This document shows, one piece after another, positions 9,845 to 19,060 of a stretch of DNA of 64,000 nt. The stretch comes from Clostridiaceae bacterium (GTDB lineage Bacteria > Bacillota > Clostridia > Acetivibrionales > Acetivibrionaceae), in assembly GCA_012519925.1 (NCBI GenBank), contig JAAYPF010000007.1, positions 16,232-80,231 on the forward strand, in the 5' to 3' direction. Position 1 is the first letter of the stretch, and the number at the start of each line of letters is the position of its first letter. The position numbers and the translations under genes were made by a program. Below the pieces are notes generated by a model. It ran no database searches, was not told the DNA's origin, and saw nothing but the letters and a program-made list of their open reading frames with translations.

Positions 9845-10843
9845 ATGAAAAAATCTCTTGATAGTGAAAATGAATTACAAAGTAAGAACATTGAGAAGGA
9901 TTACATCTCTATTGTTATACCTTGCTATAACGAAGGAGAATTGCTCTTTGTATTACACGACAAATTATGTGAAATAACAAAGTTAATGCCTAACAGTAAT
10001 TTTGAGTTCATATTTGTGGATGACGGTTCAAAAGACAAGACTATGGAAACCATTAAGACGCTTGCATCAAAAGATGCACGAGTCAAGTATATATCCTTCT
10101 CTCGAAATTTTGGTAAAGAGTCTGCTATGCTAGCCGGCATGGAAATGTCAAAGGGGGATTATGTTGCTATAATAGATGCGGACATGCAGGACCCACCGAC
10201 ACTTATTCCGGAAATGTATCAAGGTATCAAAAAAGAAGGATATGATTGTGTAGCTGCAAGGCGAGTTAACCGCATTGGTGAACCGATGATCCGGTCTTTT
10301 TTTGCAAGGCAGTTCTATAAAATAATGCGAAAGCTCAGTAAGACTGAAATTGTCGATGGAGCTAGGGACTTTAGATTGATGACCCGACAAATGACAAACG
10401 CAATACTTTCAGTATGTGAATACAACCGTTTTTCTAAGGGAATTTTTTCTTGGGTCGGTTTTAATACAAAGTGGTTGGAATATGAAAACATTGAGCGTGC
10501 AGGTGGTGAGAGCAAATGGTCCTTTTGGAAGCTCTTTATCTATTCTATAGATGGGATAGTAGCATTTTCTACTGCACCCCTTGCATTATCATCATTATTG
10601 GGTATTTTCTTTTGTGTTATTGCTTTTATAGCAATAATATTTACTATTGTCCGACAAATTGTTTGGGGAGGGTCTGCCTATGGCTGGTCTTCAACTATAT
10701 GTATTATTTTGTTTTTAGCTGGTATACAGTTGTTTTGCATTGGGATTTTAGGACAGTATCTTTCTAAGACATATTTAGAGACAAAAAGACGTCCTATTTA
10801 TATTGTAAAAGAAAAAGGTGGTGACATTGATGAAGGGAAATAG
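9845..10843 (+). CDS. GT2 polyprenol-phosphate glycosyltransferase (GtrB/CsbB-like)
   Basis: VIPCYNE, FVDDGSKD, FSRNFGKE, DADMQDPP, GDFRLM-type motif, RFSKG, two C-terminal TM helices, ETKRRPIY. Confidence 0.9.
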   Translation: MKKSLDSENELQSKNIEKDYISIVIPCYNEGELLFVLHDKLCEITKLMPNSNFEFIFVDDGSKDKTMETIKTLASKDARVKYISFSRNFGKESAMLAGMEMSKGDYVAIIDADMQDPPTLIPEMYQGIKKEGYDCVAARRVNRIGEPMIRSFFARQFYKIMRKLSKTEIVDGARDFRLMTRQMTNAILSVCEYNRFSKGIFSWVGFNTKWLEYENIERAGGESKWSFWKLFIYSIDGIVAFSTAPLALSSLLGIFFCVIAFIAIIFTIVRQIVWGGSAYGWSSTICIILFLAGIQLFCIGILGQYLSKTYLETKRRPIYIVKEKGGDIDEGK

Positions 10844-13142
10844 ATGCAAAACGATTATTATTGCAACTCTTTGTTTTATGCTGCCAGCCATTATAGTTCT
10901 AATAGCTTTTGCAAAGATGAGAATGGCACCTTTTGGTGAGAGTTCAACAATGATCATGGATATGTCTGAACAGTATGTTGAGTTTCTATGTGGTTTAAAA
11001 AGCGGGGATGTTTTATTTTCATGGTCTAAGGCTTTAGGAGGAAATTATATAGGTGTATTTACATATTATGTATCTAGCCCCTTTTCATTTCTAACACTGT
11101 TTTGTCCAAATTCTCATATGCCTATTGCTGTATTGTTTTTGACAGTTTTAAAAATAGGATTGGCTGGATTGTCATTTAGTTTATTGCTACGTTACAGATT
11201 TGGTAGATATGATCTGTCTACCGTGTTGTTTTCGATGTTTTATGGACTTATGTCCTATAATATAGGATATTCAATGTGTATCATGTGGCTAGATGGTGTT
11301 ATCTGGCTTCCGTTGATAATTATTGGTATCGAAAAAATACTTGAGGACAAAAAAAGCTGGTTTCTAACATTCTGCTTATTTATATCTTTTATATCAACCT
11401 ATTATATTTCATATATGACGGGATTATTTACTGCTATCTATTTTCTCTATCGTTGTTTTGAGAAAAAAATTAAAATTAAACAGTTTTTTAGCTACTTAGG
11501 TAAATTTATATTGAGTGTTATTGTGGCGGCTTCTTGGGGAGCATTTTTATTGCTTCCGACACTAATTTCACTTTTTCAGGGCAAAATAGGTTCAATTAGT
11601 ATGGATTACTCAGGAATATTTAATTTTTCATTATTTGAGTCTAAGCTTAGATACAAATTTCTACCTGGAGGCTATGATTCAATTACAAATTCAGGTACAC
11701 CTTTTATTTACTGTGGTCTTTTAGTATTTTTATTGTTTTTGGTCTTTTTTGCCATAAGAAAAATAAGCTTACGAAGCAAAATTTCCACTGCACTTTTCAC
11801 AATCCTTATGTTTTGCAGCTTGTGGTTTTGCAAACTTGATAAAGTGTGGCATGCTTTTCAATATCCAAATTGGTTCCCTTACAGGTATTCTTTCTTGTTT
11901 TCATTTTTGATTATTATTACTGCATATAGAGCTTTTATAGAATTTAAGCTTAATAGGAGAACTATAGCTATTATACTTCTTATAATTTGCTCTGTTGATA
12001 TGTACGGCAATACAATAGGTATTCTTAAGGGATTAGACAGAGAATTCAGGTATTCAACCTATGAGAATTATCATGGCTATAAGAAAATGATTGAACCTCT
12101 AGTAGATGAAACAAAAAAGGATAAGGATGTTTTTTTCCGCATGGGAGCTACTTTTGAACGGACAAAGAATGAACCTATAGGATTTGGTTATAAGGGAATA
12201 ACCCACTATAGTTCAACCTATAACAGGCATGTTAATAATTTTCTTCAAAGAATGGGAATGGCTCAGGCATGGCTATTTAGCTCGTATTTTGGCTCTACTA
12301 TGGTGACGGATGCTTTATTTTCTGTAAAGTATGTTATTTCCGAGCGTCCTATGTCGCCAGATTACAGCATAATTAAGCAAAGCGGTAGGGCTATTTTATC
12401 TCGTAATCCCAATGCACTTTCAATCGGTATAGCTGCAAAGAGCAAGTCACTTAAGGAGTTTACTTTCAGTAATAATCCTTTACAGGCACAGAACTCCTTG
12501 GTTAAAGCCTTGACTGGGACGCAGGAGGATTGTTTTGTTTCTTTAGATGCTACAGAAACGTATAATGACAATATTGTTGAACATACTATTGTTTCAAACG
12601 GAATGCCTATATATGCACATTTTGTTTCTAATCAAGATGGTGGAGAGTTATTAGTCAATGGAAGGCGTATTTCGGGACTCTTTTCAAATGAAACAAGATG
12701 CATTCAGTATATTGGTACATTTCCTCAAGGAGAAAATGTGAGTGTTGAAATTAGGCATAACTCAAACGCATATGGGGAATTTTACTATCTGCATACTGAG
12801 AACTTTGAGAGGATTGTGTCAGCGTTAAGAGCCTCGGAATTATCAGTAGATTATTGTTATAACGGACGTATTGGAGGAACAGTAACTGCTAATGAAGGTG
12901 ATATGCTATTTACAACAATTCCCTATGATAAAGGGTGGAAGGCGTATGTTGACGGCAAGCAAGTGCAATTGAAACCTTTTGCTAATTCACTTATTACAAT
13001 ACCCCTCACAGCAGGAACACACGAAATCAAACTGACTTATATACCGACAGGTTTTATTGAAGGTGTTTGTATATCCGTGATTCCAGGACTTTTGGCTTTA
13101 GTAATATTTTTTATAACTAAAAAGTTTCGACGGGCTGTTTAA
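10818..13142 (+). CDS. yfhO: YfhO-family multi-TM GT-C glycosyltransferase
   Basis: DMSEQY early loop, YYVSSPF, MWLDGVIWLP, YISYM, WHAFQYPNWFPYRYSF, C-terminal TIPYDKGWKAYVDG; overlaps the GT2 gene end. Confidence 0.85.
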   Translation: MVTLMKGNRCKTIIIATLCFMLPAIIVLIAFAKMRMAPFGESSTMIMDMSEQYVEFLCGLKSGDVLFSWSKALGGNYIGVFTYYVSSPFSFLTLFCPNSHMPIAVLFLTVLKIGLAGLSFSLLLRYRFGRYDLSTVLFSMFYGLMSYNIGYSMCIMWLDGVIWLPLIIIGIEKILEDKKSWFLTFCLFISFISTYYISYMTGLFTAIYFLYRCFEKKIKIKQFFSYLGKFILSVIVAASWGAFLLLPTLISLFQGKIGSISMDYSGIFNFSLFESKLRYKFLPGGYDSITNSGTPFIYCGLLVFLLFLVFFAIRKISLRSKISTALFTILMFCSLWFCKLDKVWHAFQYPNWFPYRYSFLFSFLIIITAYRAFIEFKLNRRTIAIILLIICSVDMYGNTIGILKGLDREFRYSTYENYHGYKKMIEPLVDETKKDKDVFFRMGATFERTKNEPIGFGYKGITHYSSTYNRHVNNFLQRMGMAQAWLFSSYFGSTMVTDALFSVKYVISERPMSPDYSIIKQSGRAILSRNPNALSIGIAAKSKSLKEFTFSNNPLQAQNSLVKALTGTQEDCFVSLDATETYNDNIVEHTIVSNGMPIYAHFVSNQDGGELLVNGRRISGLFSNETRCIQYIGTFPQGENVSVEIRHNSNAYGEFYYLHTENFERIVSALRASELSVDYCYNGRIGGTVTANEGDMLFTTIPYDKGWKAYVDGKQVQLKPFANSLITIPLTAGTHEIKLTYIPTGFIEGVCISVIPGLLALVIFFITKKFRRAV

Positions 13143-13167
13143 TAAATTATGCTGTTAGAATTACCTT

Positions 13168-13199
13168 ATAGGCAAGAGGATCAATTCTTGCCTATTCTT
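13168..13199. terminator. Terminator between yfhO and the convergent small ORF
   Basis: ATAGGCAAGA / TCTTGCCTAT 10-bp stem. Confidence 0.7.
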
Positions 13200-13285
13200 A
13201 TTATACATTAAGATTTTTTTAAAGACTATTTAATGCAGTTTTCACAACGTAGTGGAGAGGTCGGTCTAAATAGTGCAAGGCTGAA

Positions 13286-13576
13286 TTACACTTCGCTTAA
13301 ACCGAGTTTTCTCAAAAACCAAACACAGAATTTTTGCAATTTTGTTTTGGGCTTTTCTATAGGTATGGCTACACCGTTTACTATTCTATAGCATAATTCC
13401 GAGGAAATAAAATGTATAGCACCAGTGTCAAATTGAATTCTAAGAGCCAATGTTTCATTTTTTACATGGGTGTCTATAACTATAGCTTTTCTATAAACAT
13501 CCTTTGAGCAGGGAGCTAATACCGTGTCACCGAGGTTAACAAGCTTATATACACGGTTCTTTCTTGATTTTTTCAT
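13286..13576 (-). CDS. Hypothetical 96-aa protein, possible Tudor/SH3-like barrel
   Basis: Protein-like composition; GDTVLAP...YRKAIVI...IQFDTG pattern; no strong RBS seen. Confidence 0.55.
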   Translation of the reverse strand: MKKSRKNRVYKLVNLGDTVLAPCSKDVYRKAIVIDTHVKNETLALRIQFDTGAIHFISSELCYRIVNGVAIPIEKPKTKLQKFCVWFLRKLGLSEV

Positions 13577-13756
13577 GGAATACGCACATCGCTTTTTATA
13601 TTATCCTATAGTTAATATATTCTTCTAATACTATAAAATTCACATTTTTACTTGGGGAATTTTTATAATTGTCTTAATTTAAATGAATTGTTATTAAAAA
13701 TTAATATTCTATTCACAAATTATTAATTAATAAATGTTAAACTTAAAATATAATAA

Positions 13757-13915
13757 GTGAAAACGTTTTTATTATTCTCCCTCCATATATAAGAGATAAT
13801 TAATAGAATGTTCATAATTTATTAATTATATGAAGTTATTATTTGATTAACAGGTCGGAAGACCTTTGAATATATTACTCCCTTGATAAGAGCTTAACTA
13901 AGCTCTTGTTTTTTT
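13757..13915 (+). ncRNA. Candidate small RNA ending in an intrinsic terminator
   Basis: TATAAT at 13749-13754, GGAA tetraloop hairpin 13852-13865, two CTCCCT motifs, terminator AAGAGCTT-AACT-AAGCTCTT plus T7; no plausible ORF. Confidence 0.35.
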
Positions 13916-13933
13916 AAAAAAAGCTAACTTTAA

Positions 13934-14008
13934 AAAAACTCTGGGGTATTTATGCCCTTACGTTTACGCTTCTTTCACTTCGTTCAAAAGAAGCGAAAGA
14001 AGCGTAAA
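13934..14008 (+). repeat. Intergenic repeat family A, copy 2
   Basis: AAAAACTCTGGGGTATTTATGCCC...TTTACGCTTCTTTCACTTCGTTCAAAAGAAGCGAAAGAAGCGTAAA; aligns with 2861-2927 and 28748-28813. Confidence 0.8.
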
Positions 14009-14010
14009 CA

Positions 14011-14040
14011 AAAAGTTGACTTAAATAGTCAACTTGAAAA
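14011..14040 (-). terminator. Terminator of the 66-aa ORF
   Basis: AAGTTGACT / AGTCAACTT stem with T tract on the minus strand. Confidence 0.7.
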
Positions 14041-14080
14041 TTTCGTCTAAATTAATTCTAAAAAAATCTCATTAATAGCA

Positions 14081-14281
14081 TTAGCATTGTACTATCATGC
14101 GTTTTTTCATGTTTTCATATATGCTCTTATACATTCTGAAGGTTTTTGCTGCATCTACATCTTCACAGTTTACGTCAGGATGATACTTTTCGAGTATGCC
14201 ATTCCAGCCTATTTTGAGTATTTCTGCCTGAATTTCATTGAACTTTGTTATCAGCTGTTGCTTGTTTTGTGCTGATTCCAT
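14081..14281 (-). CDS. 66-aa protein with a J-domain-like YHPD motif
   Basis: RBS AAGGGGGA 7 nt before the ATG, own terminator, KYHPDVN...AAKTF...IYENM resembles DnaJ helix II-HPD-helix III. Confidence 0.7.
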   Translation of the reverse strand: MESAQNKQQLITKFNEIQAEILKIGWNGILEKYHPDVNCEDVDAAKTFRMYKSIYENMKKRMIVQC

Positions 14282-14548
14282 AAGAATTCCCCCTTAAAAA
14301 ATAAAATACTATATATAAAGTGCAAAGCTAATATAGTATCGTAATACATTCTCTGTCTATTTCTTATTTAAATTATACCACGTATTATTTCGTCAATCAA
14401 TATGCTACTAAATGTATTTTAAATATCAACTCCAAATTAATTATAAAAAAGCTCAAGATACGTAATCTTAAGCTTTCTTAAAAGCATTTGAAATAATCTT
14501 TGGTCTAATATATTTTATTGAACTTTAAAAAACCAAATTCGATAATTA

Positions 14549-14686
14549 TTATCTTTTCTTTTTCTTCTTAGATTTTGACTGCAAATTCTCTAAATTTTTG
14601 TTGGCAGAACGCATAAGAAAGAAAAATGAAACACCTATTAATAAAACACCTGCAAGTAAATAAAGCAAATTCCAGTATGCTGGCAT
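14549..14686 (-). CDS. Small single-pass membrane peptide (about 45 aa) with lysine-rich tail
   Basis: RBS GGAGGTG before the ATG at 14686; hydrophobic LLYLLAGVLLIGVSFFFLM followed by a basic C-terminus. Confidence 0.65.
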   Translation of the reverse strand: MPAYWNLLYLLAGVLLIGVSFFFLMRSANKNLENLQSKSKKKKKR

Positions 14687-14947
14687 AGCATTTTCACCTC
14701 CAATAGTTAATAAAAGTTTATCATATATTTTTCTTGAAATCAATTGTTATAAGAGAAGAAAATAATCACCTAAATGATAAAATAAGTTTTTTTAGAGAAA
14801 CTAATATTAAAGGATCTAATAAATAACTAGTCAATGGGGGAAAAAGTCTATAATAGGCATTTAAAAAGTTAAGATTTAAAAGGGGTTGCGACTTGATTAT
14901 TGAAAGAATTTTTGAAATTGCCTAAAGAAAAATAGTAAGGAGTAAAT

Positions 14948-15991
14948 ATGAAAGCAGTTGTGATACTTGGTGCAGGTTTTTCGAAAAATTCCGGCTTACC
15001 TGTACAATCTGAGATACCAGAATTATTGATAAAAGATCAATGTGATAATCCCTTTGAAAACAATGTTTCACATATAATAGAAAGGTTTTATGAAGATGTA
15101 TTCGGTTTTTCAAGGGGAGCAGTACCGCCGAGTTTAGATGATGTTTTAACTTGCATCGATATATCTACAAATACAGGACATCATTTAGGTATAAAGTATT
15201 CACCTATACATCTTAGAGCTATAAGAAGATTTGTTATTTATAAACTGTTTAAGGTTTTAGAGGAAAATTATAGATATTCTGAAGAGGTTTTTATCCTTAT
15301 CAGCAAGATTTTGAAGAGATATACACAAGTGGATTTTGTTGTACTAAATTGGGATACTGTTTTGGAAAAATATATAAAAATCATTAATAGCGATTATACA
15401 ATTGATTACTGTAATGAAGGAAAAGATATAAGAAGTACAAGTTCCGCTAAATTTTCTGAAGCAATAAGGGTAATAAAAATTCATGGTTCTTGTAACTGGT
15501 TATACTGTGATAATTGTAGAAATTTGTTTAATGATAGTTACAACGATGTTCCTCTTACAAAAAAGGTAGGCTTTAAAGTGACGGATTTTGAACTTTTAGG
15601 TGATTTTGACCCAAAAATCACAGAAGTTATCGATGGTGAAAGATGTGTAATGTGTGGGGATCATATATCCTCACACATTGCTACGCATTGCTTTAGAAAG
15701 TCTTTTAGAGAAAACTCCTTTCCTCATTTATGGGATAGGGCTGAGGAGGCACTGACAAACTCGGATAAATGGATTTTTATAGGATATTCTTTGCCGCAAG
15801 CAGATTATGAGTTTAAGCATCTTATAAAAATTTCTGAACTTAAATTAAGACATAGGAGAAAAAGAGGACCTGAAGTGGATGCTGTTCTCCTAAATAGCAA
15901 AACTACAGCAGCAAACTATGAGAGTTTTTTTGGACATAATATAGGATGGATATGCAATGGCGGTATAACCGAATATAGCAAATATGTTTAA
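14948..15991 (+). CDS. SIR2-family (SIR2_2-like) protein with zinc-ribbon cysteines
   Basis: GAGFS, LNWD, IHGS, CDNC...CVMC, IGYSLPQADYEF; RBS AAGGAG. Confidence 0.8.
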   Translation: MKAVVILGAGFSKNSGLPVQSEIPELLIKDQCDNPFENNVSHIIERFYEDVFGFSRGAVPPSLDDVLTCIDISTNTGHHLGIKYSPIHLRAIRRFVIYKLFKVLEENYRYSEEVFILISKILKRYTQVDFVVLNWDTVLEKYIKIINSDYTIDYCNEGKDIRSTSSAKFSEAIRVIKIHGSCNWLYCDNCRNLFNDSYNDVPLTKKVGFKVTDFELLGDFDPKITEVIDGERCVMCGDHISSHIATHCFRKSFRENSFPHLWDRAEEALTNSDKWIFIGYSLPQADYEFKHLIKISELKLRHRRKRGPEVDAVLLNSKTTAANYESFFGHNIGWICNGGITEYSKYV

Positions 15992-16017
15992 TTGTACTTA
16001 ATATTTTTGACTATTGC

Positions 16018-16026
16018 TGATATAAT
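16018..16026 (+). promoter_or_regulatory. Extended -10 promoter for engB
   Basis: TGaTATAAT 39 nt upstream of the ATG. Confidence 0.5.
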
Positions 16027-16065
16027 ATATAACTGTAAGAAACATAAAAAATACGCTAAGGAGTA

Positions 16066-16653
16066 ATGGATTTGAATATTAATAATGCCAGATTTGAAAA
16101 AGGTGCTGTTAAGCCTGCACATTATCCTGACAACAACATACCAGAGATAACCTTTGTTGGCAGATCAAATGTGGGCAAGTCGTCTTTAATAAATGCTTTA
16201 CTTAATAGAAAAAGTTTGGCAAGGGTTGCCTCAAAGCCTGGAAAGACGAGGGAAATAAATTTCTATAATATCGATGACACAGTTTACTTTGTTGATTTGC
16301 CGGGGTATGGCTATGCAAAAGTATCAAAGGATGTTAAGTATTCGTGGGGAGAATCGATAGAGACTTATTTGAACAGCAGCAAAAAGATAAAGCTTGTAAT
16401 TATGCTTGTGGATATAAGACATTCACCGTCGGAAGATGATAAAATGATGTCTGCGTGGTTGACAGAATTATCATTTCCTTATATTGTTGTTGCTACAAAA
16501 AAGGATAAAATACCGCGTGCAAAGCTAAAGGAAAGACTTGCTGATATATCAACGAGTTTAGGACTTAATAATGACACTCTATTAATTCCGTTTTCTTCAG
16601 AAACTAAGGATGGTAGAGAAGAAGTGATGAATTATATTAATTCAATTTTATAA
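16066..16653 (+). CDS. engB: Ribosome biogenesis GTPase EngB/YsxC
   Basis: GRSNVGKSSL, KPGKT, DLPGYGYA, TKKDK motifs. Confidence 0.96.
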   Translation: MDLNINNARFEKGAVKPAHYPDNNIPEITFVGRSNVGKSSLINALLNRKSLARVASKPGKTREINFYNIDDTVYFVDLPGYGYAKVSKDVKYSWGESIETYLNSSKKIKLVIMLVDIRHSPSEDDKMMSAWLTELSFPYIVVATKKDKIPRAKLKERLADISTSLGLNNDTLLIPFSSETKDGREEVMNYINSIL

Positions 16654-16767
16654 TTCAATTATTAAGGAGTATATGTACAAGACTGCATGCAAATTAGCTA
16701 TAAAAATGGAAAATATGTATTTACATATTAATTTTAGTAATATATAATGTTATCGAAACAACTGAAT

Positions 16768-16857
16768 AAATTGCTAGGGGTGCCATTTGGCTGAGAAAGA
16801 GTAAATCTCTTGACCCTTTGAACCTGATGCGGTTAATGCCGACGTAGGGAAGCTAAA
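16768..16857 (+). promoter_or_regulatory. TPP (THI-box) riboswitch
   Basis: GGGGTGCC...GCTGAGA...GACCCTTTGAACCTGATGCGGTTAATGCCGACGTAGGGAAG consensus upstream of the thi operon. Confidence 0.96.
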
Positions 16858-16879
16858 GTAGATATGTAATGCATTTATG

Positions 16880-16908
16880 ACGCTTGCCTTTATTGGCAAG
16901 CGTTTTTT
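16880..16908 (+). terminator. Riboswitch expression-platform terminator
   Basis: ACGCTTGCC / GGCAAGCGT stem plus T tract between aptamer and thiS. Confidence 0.88.
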
Positions 16909-16925
16909 GTGTTGTTTGAGAGGGG

Positions 16926-17135
16926 GTGAAGTTATTGAATATTACTTTAAATGGTAACAGGGTTGAAATTGAAAAGCCGGTCACATTAATGGAACTATTA
17001 GAGTTAAAAGGTATAGAAGTTGAAAAGATTATAGTTGAGTACAATTATGACATCTTAATGAGAGATGATTGGAAGATTACTGCTTTAAAAGAGAATGACA
17101 ACATTGAAGTATTAAGATTTGTAGGGGGAGGTTGA
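16926..17135 (+). CDS. thiS: Sulfur carrier protein ThiS
   Basis: Ubiquitin-like size, IVEYN, C-terminal RFVGGG. Confidence 0.93.
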   Translation: MKLLNITLNGNRVEIEKPVTLMELLELKGIEVEKIIVEYNYDILMRDDWKITALKENDNIEVLRFVGGG

Positions 17136-17140
17136 GGAAT

Positions 17141-17911
17141 ATGCAAGATAAATTAACTATTGGGGGAATAGAGCTAGGTAGTAGGTTGCTGTTAGGTACT
17201 GGCAAATTTCCATCAAATGCAATTATTCCTCAGGTTATTAAAAGTTCAGGGGCTAAGGTGATTACCGTTGCCTTAAGAAGGATAGATTTTGACTCGGAAG
17301 ATGAAAATATCCTAAAACATATACCTAAGGATTGTATTCTTATGCCTAACACATCGGGAGCAAGAAATGCCGACGAGGCTGTACGGATTGCAAGAATTGC
17401 CCGTGCAGCCGGTTGTGGAAATTGGATAAAAATTGAGGTTATATCGGACAACAAATATCTTTTGCCGGATAATTTTGAAACTATTAGAGCAACAGAAATA
17501 TTGGCAAAGGAAGGTTTTACGGTACTTCCTTATATGAGTCCGGATCTTATGACAGCAAGAAGGCTTAAAGATGCAGGTGCTTCAGCAGTGATGCCGTTAG
17601 GTGCTCCTATTGGAACTAATAAGGGTTTGAGGACAAGAGAACTGGTGAAGATATTGATTGATGAAATTGATTTACCTATTATAGTGGATGCTGGATTGGG
17701 CAGACCATCAGAAGCTGCAGAAGCAATGGAATTAGGTGCTGCGGCAGTGCTTGTGAACACAGCTATTGCTACTTCCGATGATCCTATTAGTATGGGAGAG
17801 GCTTTTGGACTTGCGGTTTTAGCAGGCAGAAAAGCATTTCTTTCTGGTGCTGGTGCAGTAAAGGATTTTGCAGAAGCATCATCACCGCTTACAGGCTTTC
17901 TTGGTACATGA
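17141..17911 (+). CDS. thiG: Thiazole synthase
   Basis: [42 protein letters not shown]. Confidence 0.96.
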   Translation: MQDKLTIGGIELGSRLLLGTGKFPSNAIIPQVIKSSGAKVITVALRRIDFDSEDENILKHIPKDCILMPNTSGARNADEAVRIARIARAAGCGNWIKIEVISDNKYLLPDNFETIRATEILAKEGFTVLPYMSPDLMTARRLKDAGASAVMPLGAPIGTNKGLRTRELVKILIDEIDLPIIVDAGLGRPSEAAEAMELGAAAVLVNTAIATSDDPISMGEAFGLAVLAGRKAFLSGAGAVKDFAEASSPLTGFLGT

Positions 17912-17944
17912 CGAATTATGTTTGTATGAAAAGAGGCGTTAATA

Positions 17945-19048
17945 ATGAGCTTTTACGAAAAATACTTGGAATACAGGGATTTTGATTTTGAGGAATTTGC
18001 CAGCAACCTAACAGACGATTATATTATTAAGGTTATTAATAAAGAGAGAATAAACGAGTTAGAGTTTCTTAGTCTATTATCCCCTAAAGCAGGTAAATAT
18101 ATTGAGTTTATGGCACAAAAATCAAGAAAATTAACATTGCAACACTTTGGAAGGGTTATTTTCCTTTATACTCCCATATATGTGGCAAACTACTGTGTGA
18201 ATCAATGTGTGTATTGTGGCTTTAATATTTCAAATAATATTGTTAGAAAGAAATTGACTATAGAGGAAGTGGAACAAGAGGCTAAAATAATCTCTGATAC
18301 CGGACTTAAGCATATACTGCTTCTGACTGGAGAATCAAGACTTCACAGTTCACTAGATTATATTAAGGAATGTGTAACAGTTCTGAAGAAATACTTTAGC
18401 TCAATATCCATAGAAGTATATCCCCTTGAGATGGATGAATATAAAGAACTTGTGGAAGCAGGTGTTGATGGATTTACAATGTATCAAGAAGTGTATAACG
18501 AGGATGTCTATGGACAGCTCCATCTAAAGGGACCTAAGAAGAACTACAGATATAGAATTGATGCACCTGAAAGAGCATGTGTTGCGGGAATGAGGAGTGT
18601 TAATATAGGAGCGTTATTAGGGCTTGATGACTGGGAAAGAGAAGCGTTTTTTACCGGAATTCATGCACAATATCTTCAAAACAAATATCAGGATGCCGAA
18701 ATAAGTGTATCTATACCTAGAATGAGACCATGCAACGGAGCATTTCAGCCTAAAGTGAATGTGAATGACAAAAATTTTGTTCAGATAATATTTGCCTTTA
18801 GATTGTTTATGCCTAGAGTAGGTATAACTCTATCCACAAGAGAACGTCCAGAGTTTCGTGACAACCTTGTCGGACTTGGTGTTACAAAAATGTCAGCTGG
18901 TTCATCAACAGAGGTTGGGGGACATGCAATTGATTCTAAGAGTGAAGGACAGTTTGATATATCGGATACAAGAAATGTTGAGCAAATAAAAGAGCTAATC
19001 TATAGTAAGGGTTTTCAGCCTGTATTTAAAGATTGGCAACAAATTTAG
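17945..19048 (+). CDS. thiH: 2-iminoacetate synthase (radical SAM tyrosine lyase)
   Basis: [45 protein letters not shown]. Confidence 0.95.
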   Translation: MSFYEKYLEYRDFDFEEFASNLTDDYIIKVINKERINELEFLSLLSPKAGKYIEFMAQKSRKLTLQHFGRVIFLYTPIYVANYCVNQCVYCGFNISNNIVRKKLTIEEVEQEAKIISDTGLKHILLLTGESRLHSSLDYIKECVTVLKKYFSSISIEVYPLEMDEYKELVEAGVDGFTMYQEVYNEDVYGQLHLKGPKKNYRYRIDAPERACVAGMRSVNIGALLGLDDWEREAFFTGIHAQYLQNKYQDAEISVSIPRMRPCNGAFQPKVNVNDKNFVQIIFAFRLFMPRVGITLSTRERPEFRDNLVGLGVTKMSAGSSTEVGGHAIDSKSEGQFDISDTRNVEQIKELIYSKGFQPVFKDWQQI

Positions 19049-19060
19049 GATGGTGGTTGT

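Noticed and set aside
9570-16000. Integrative element or prophage at tRNA-Ala
   Set aside because: No integrase, no phage genes and no direct repeat of the tRNA 3' end found by eye; kept only as a possible old accessory block
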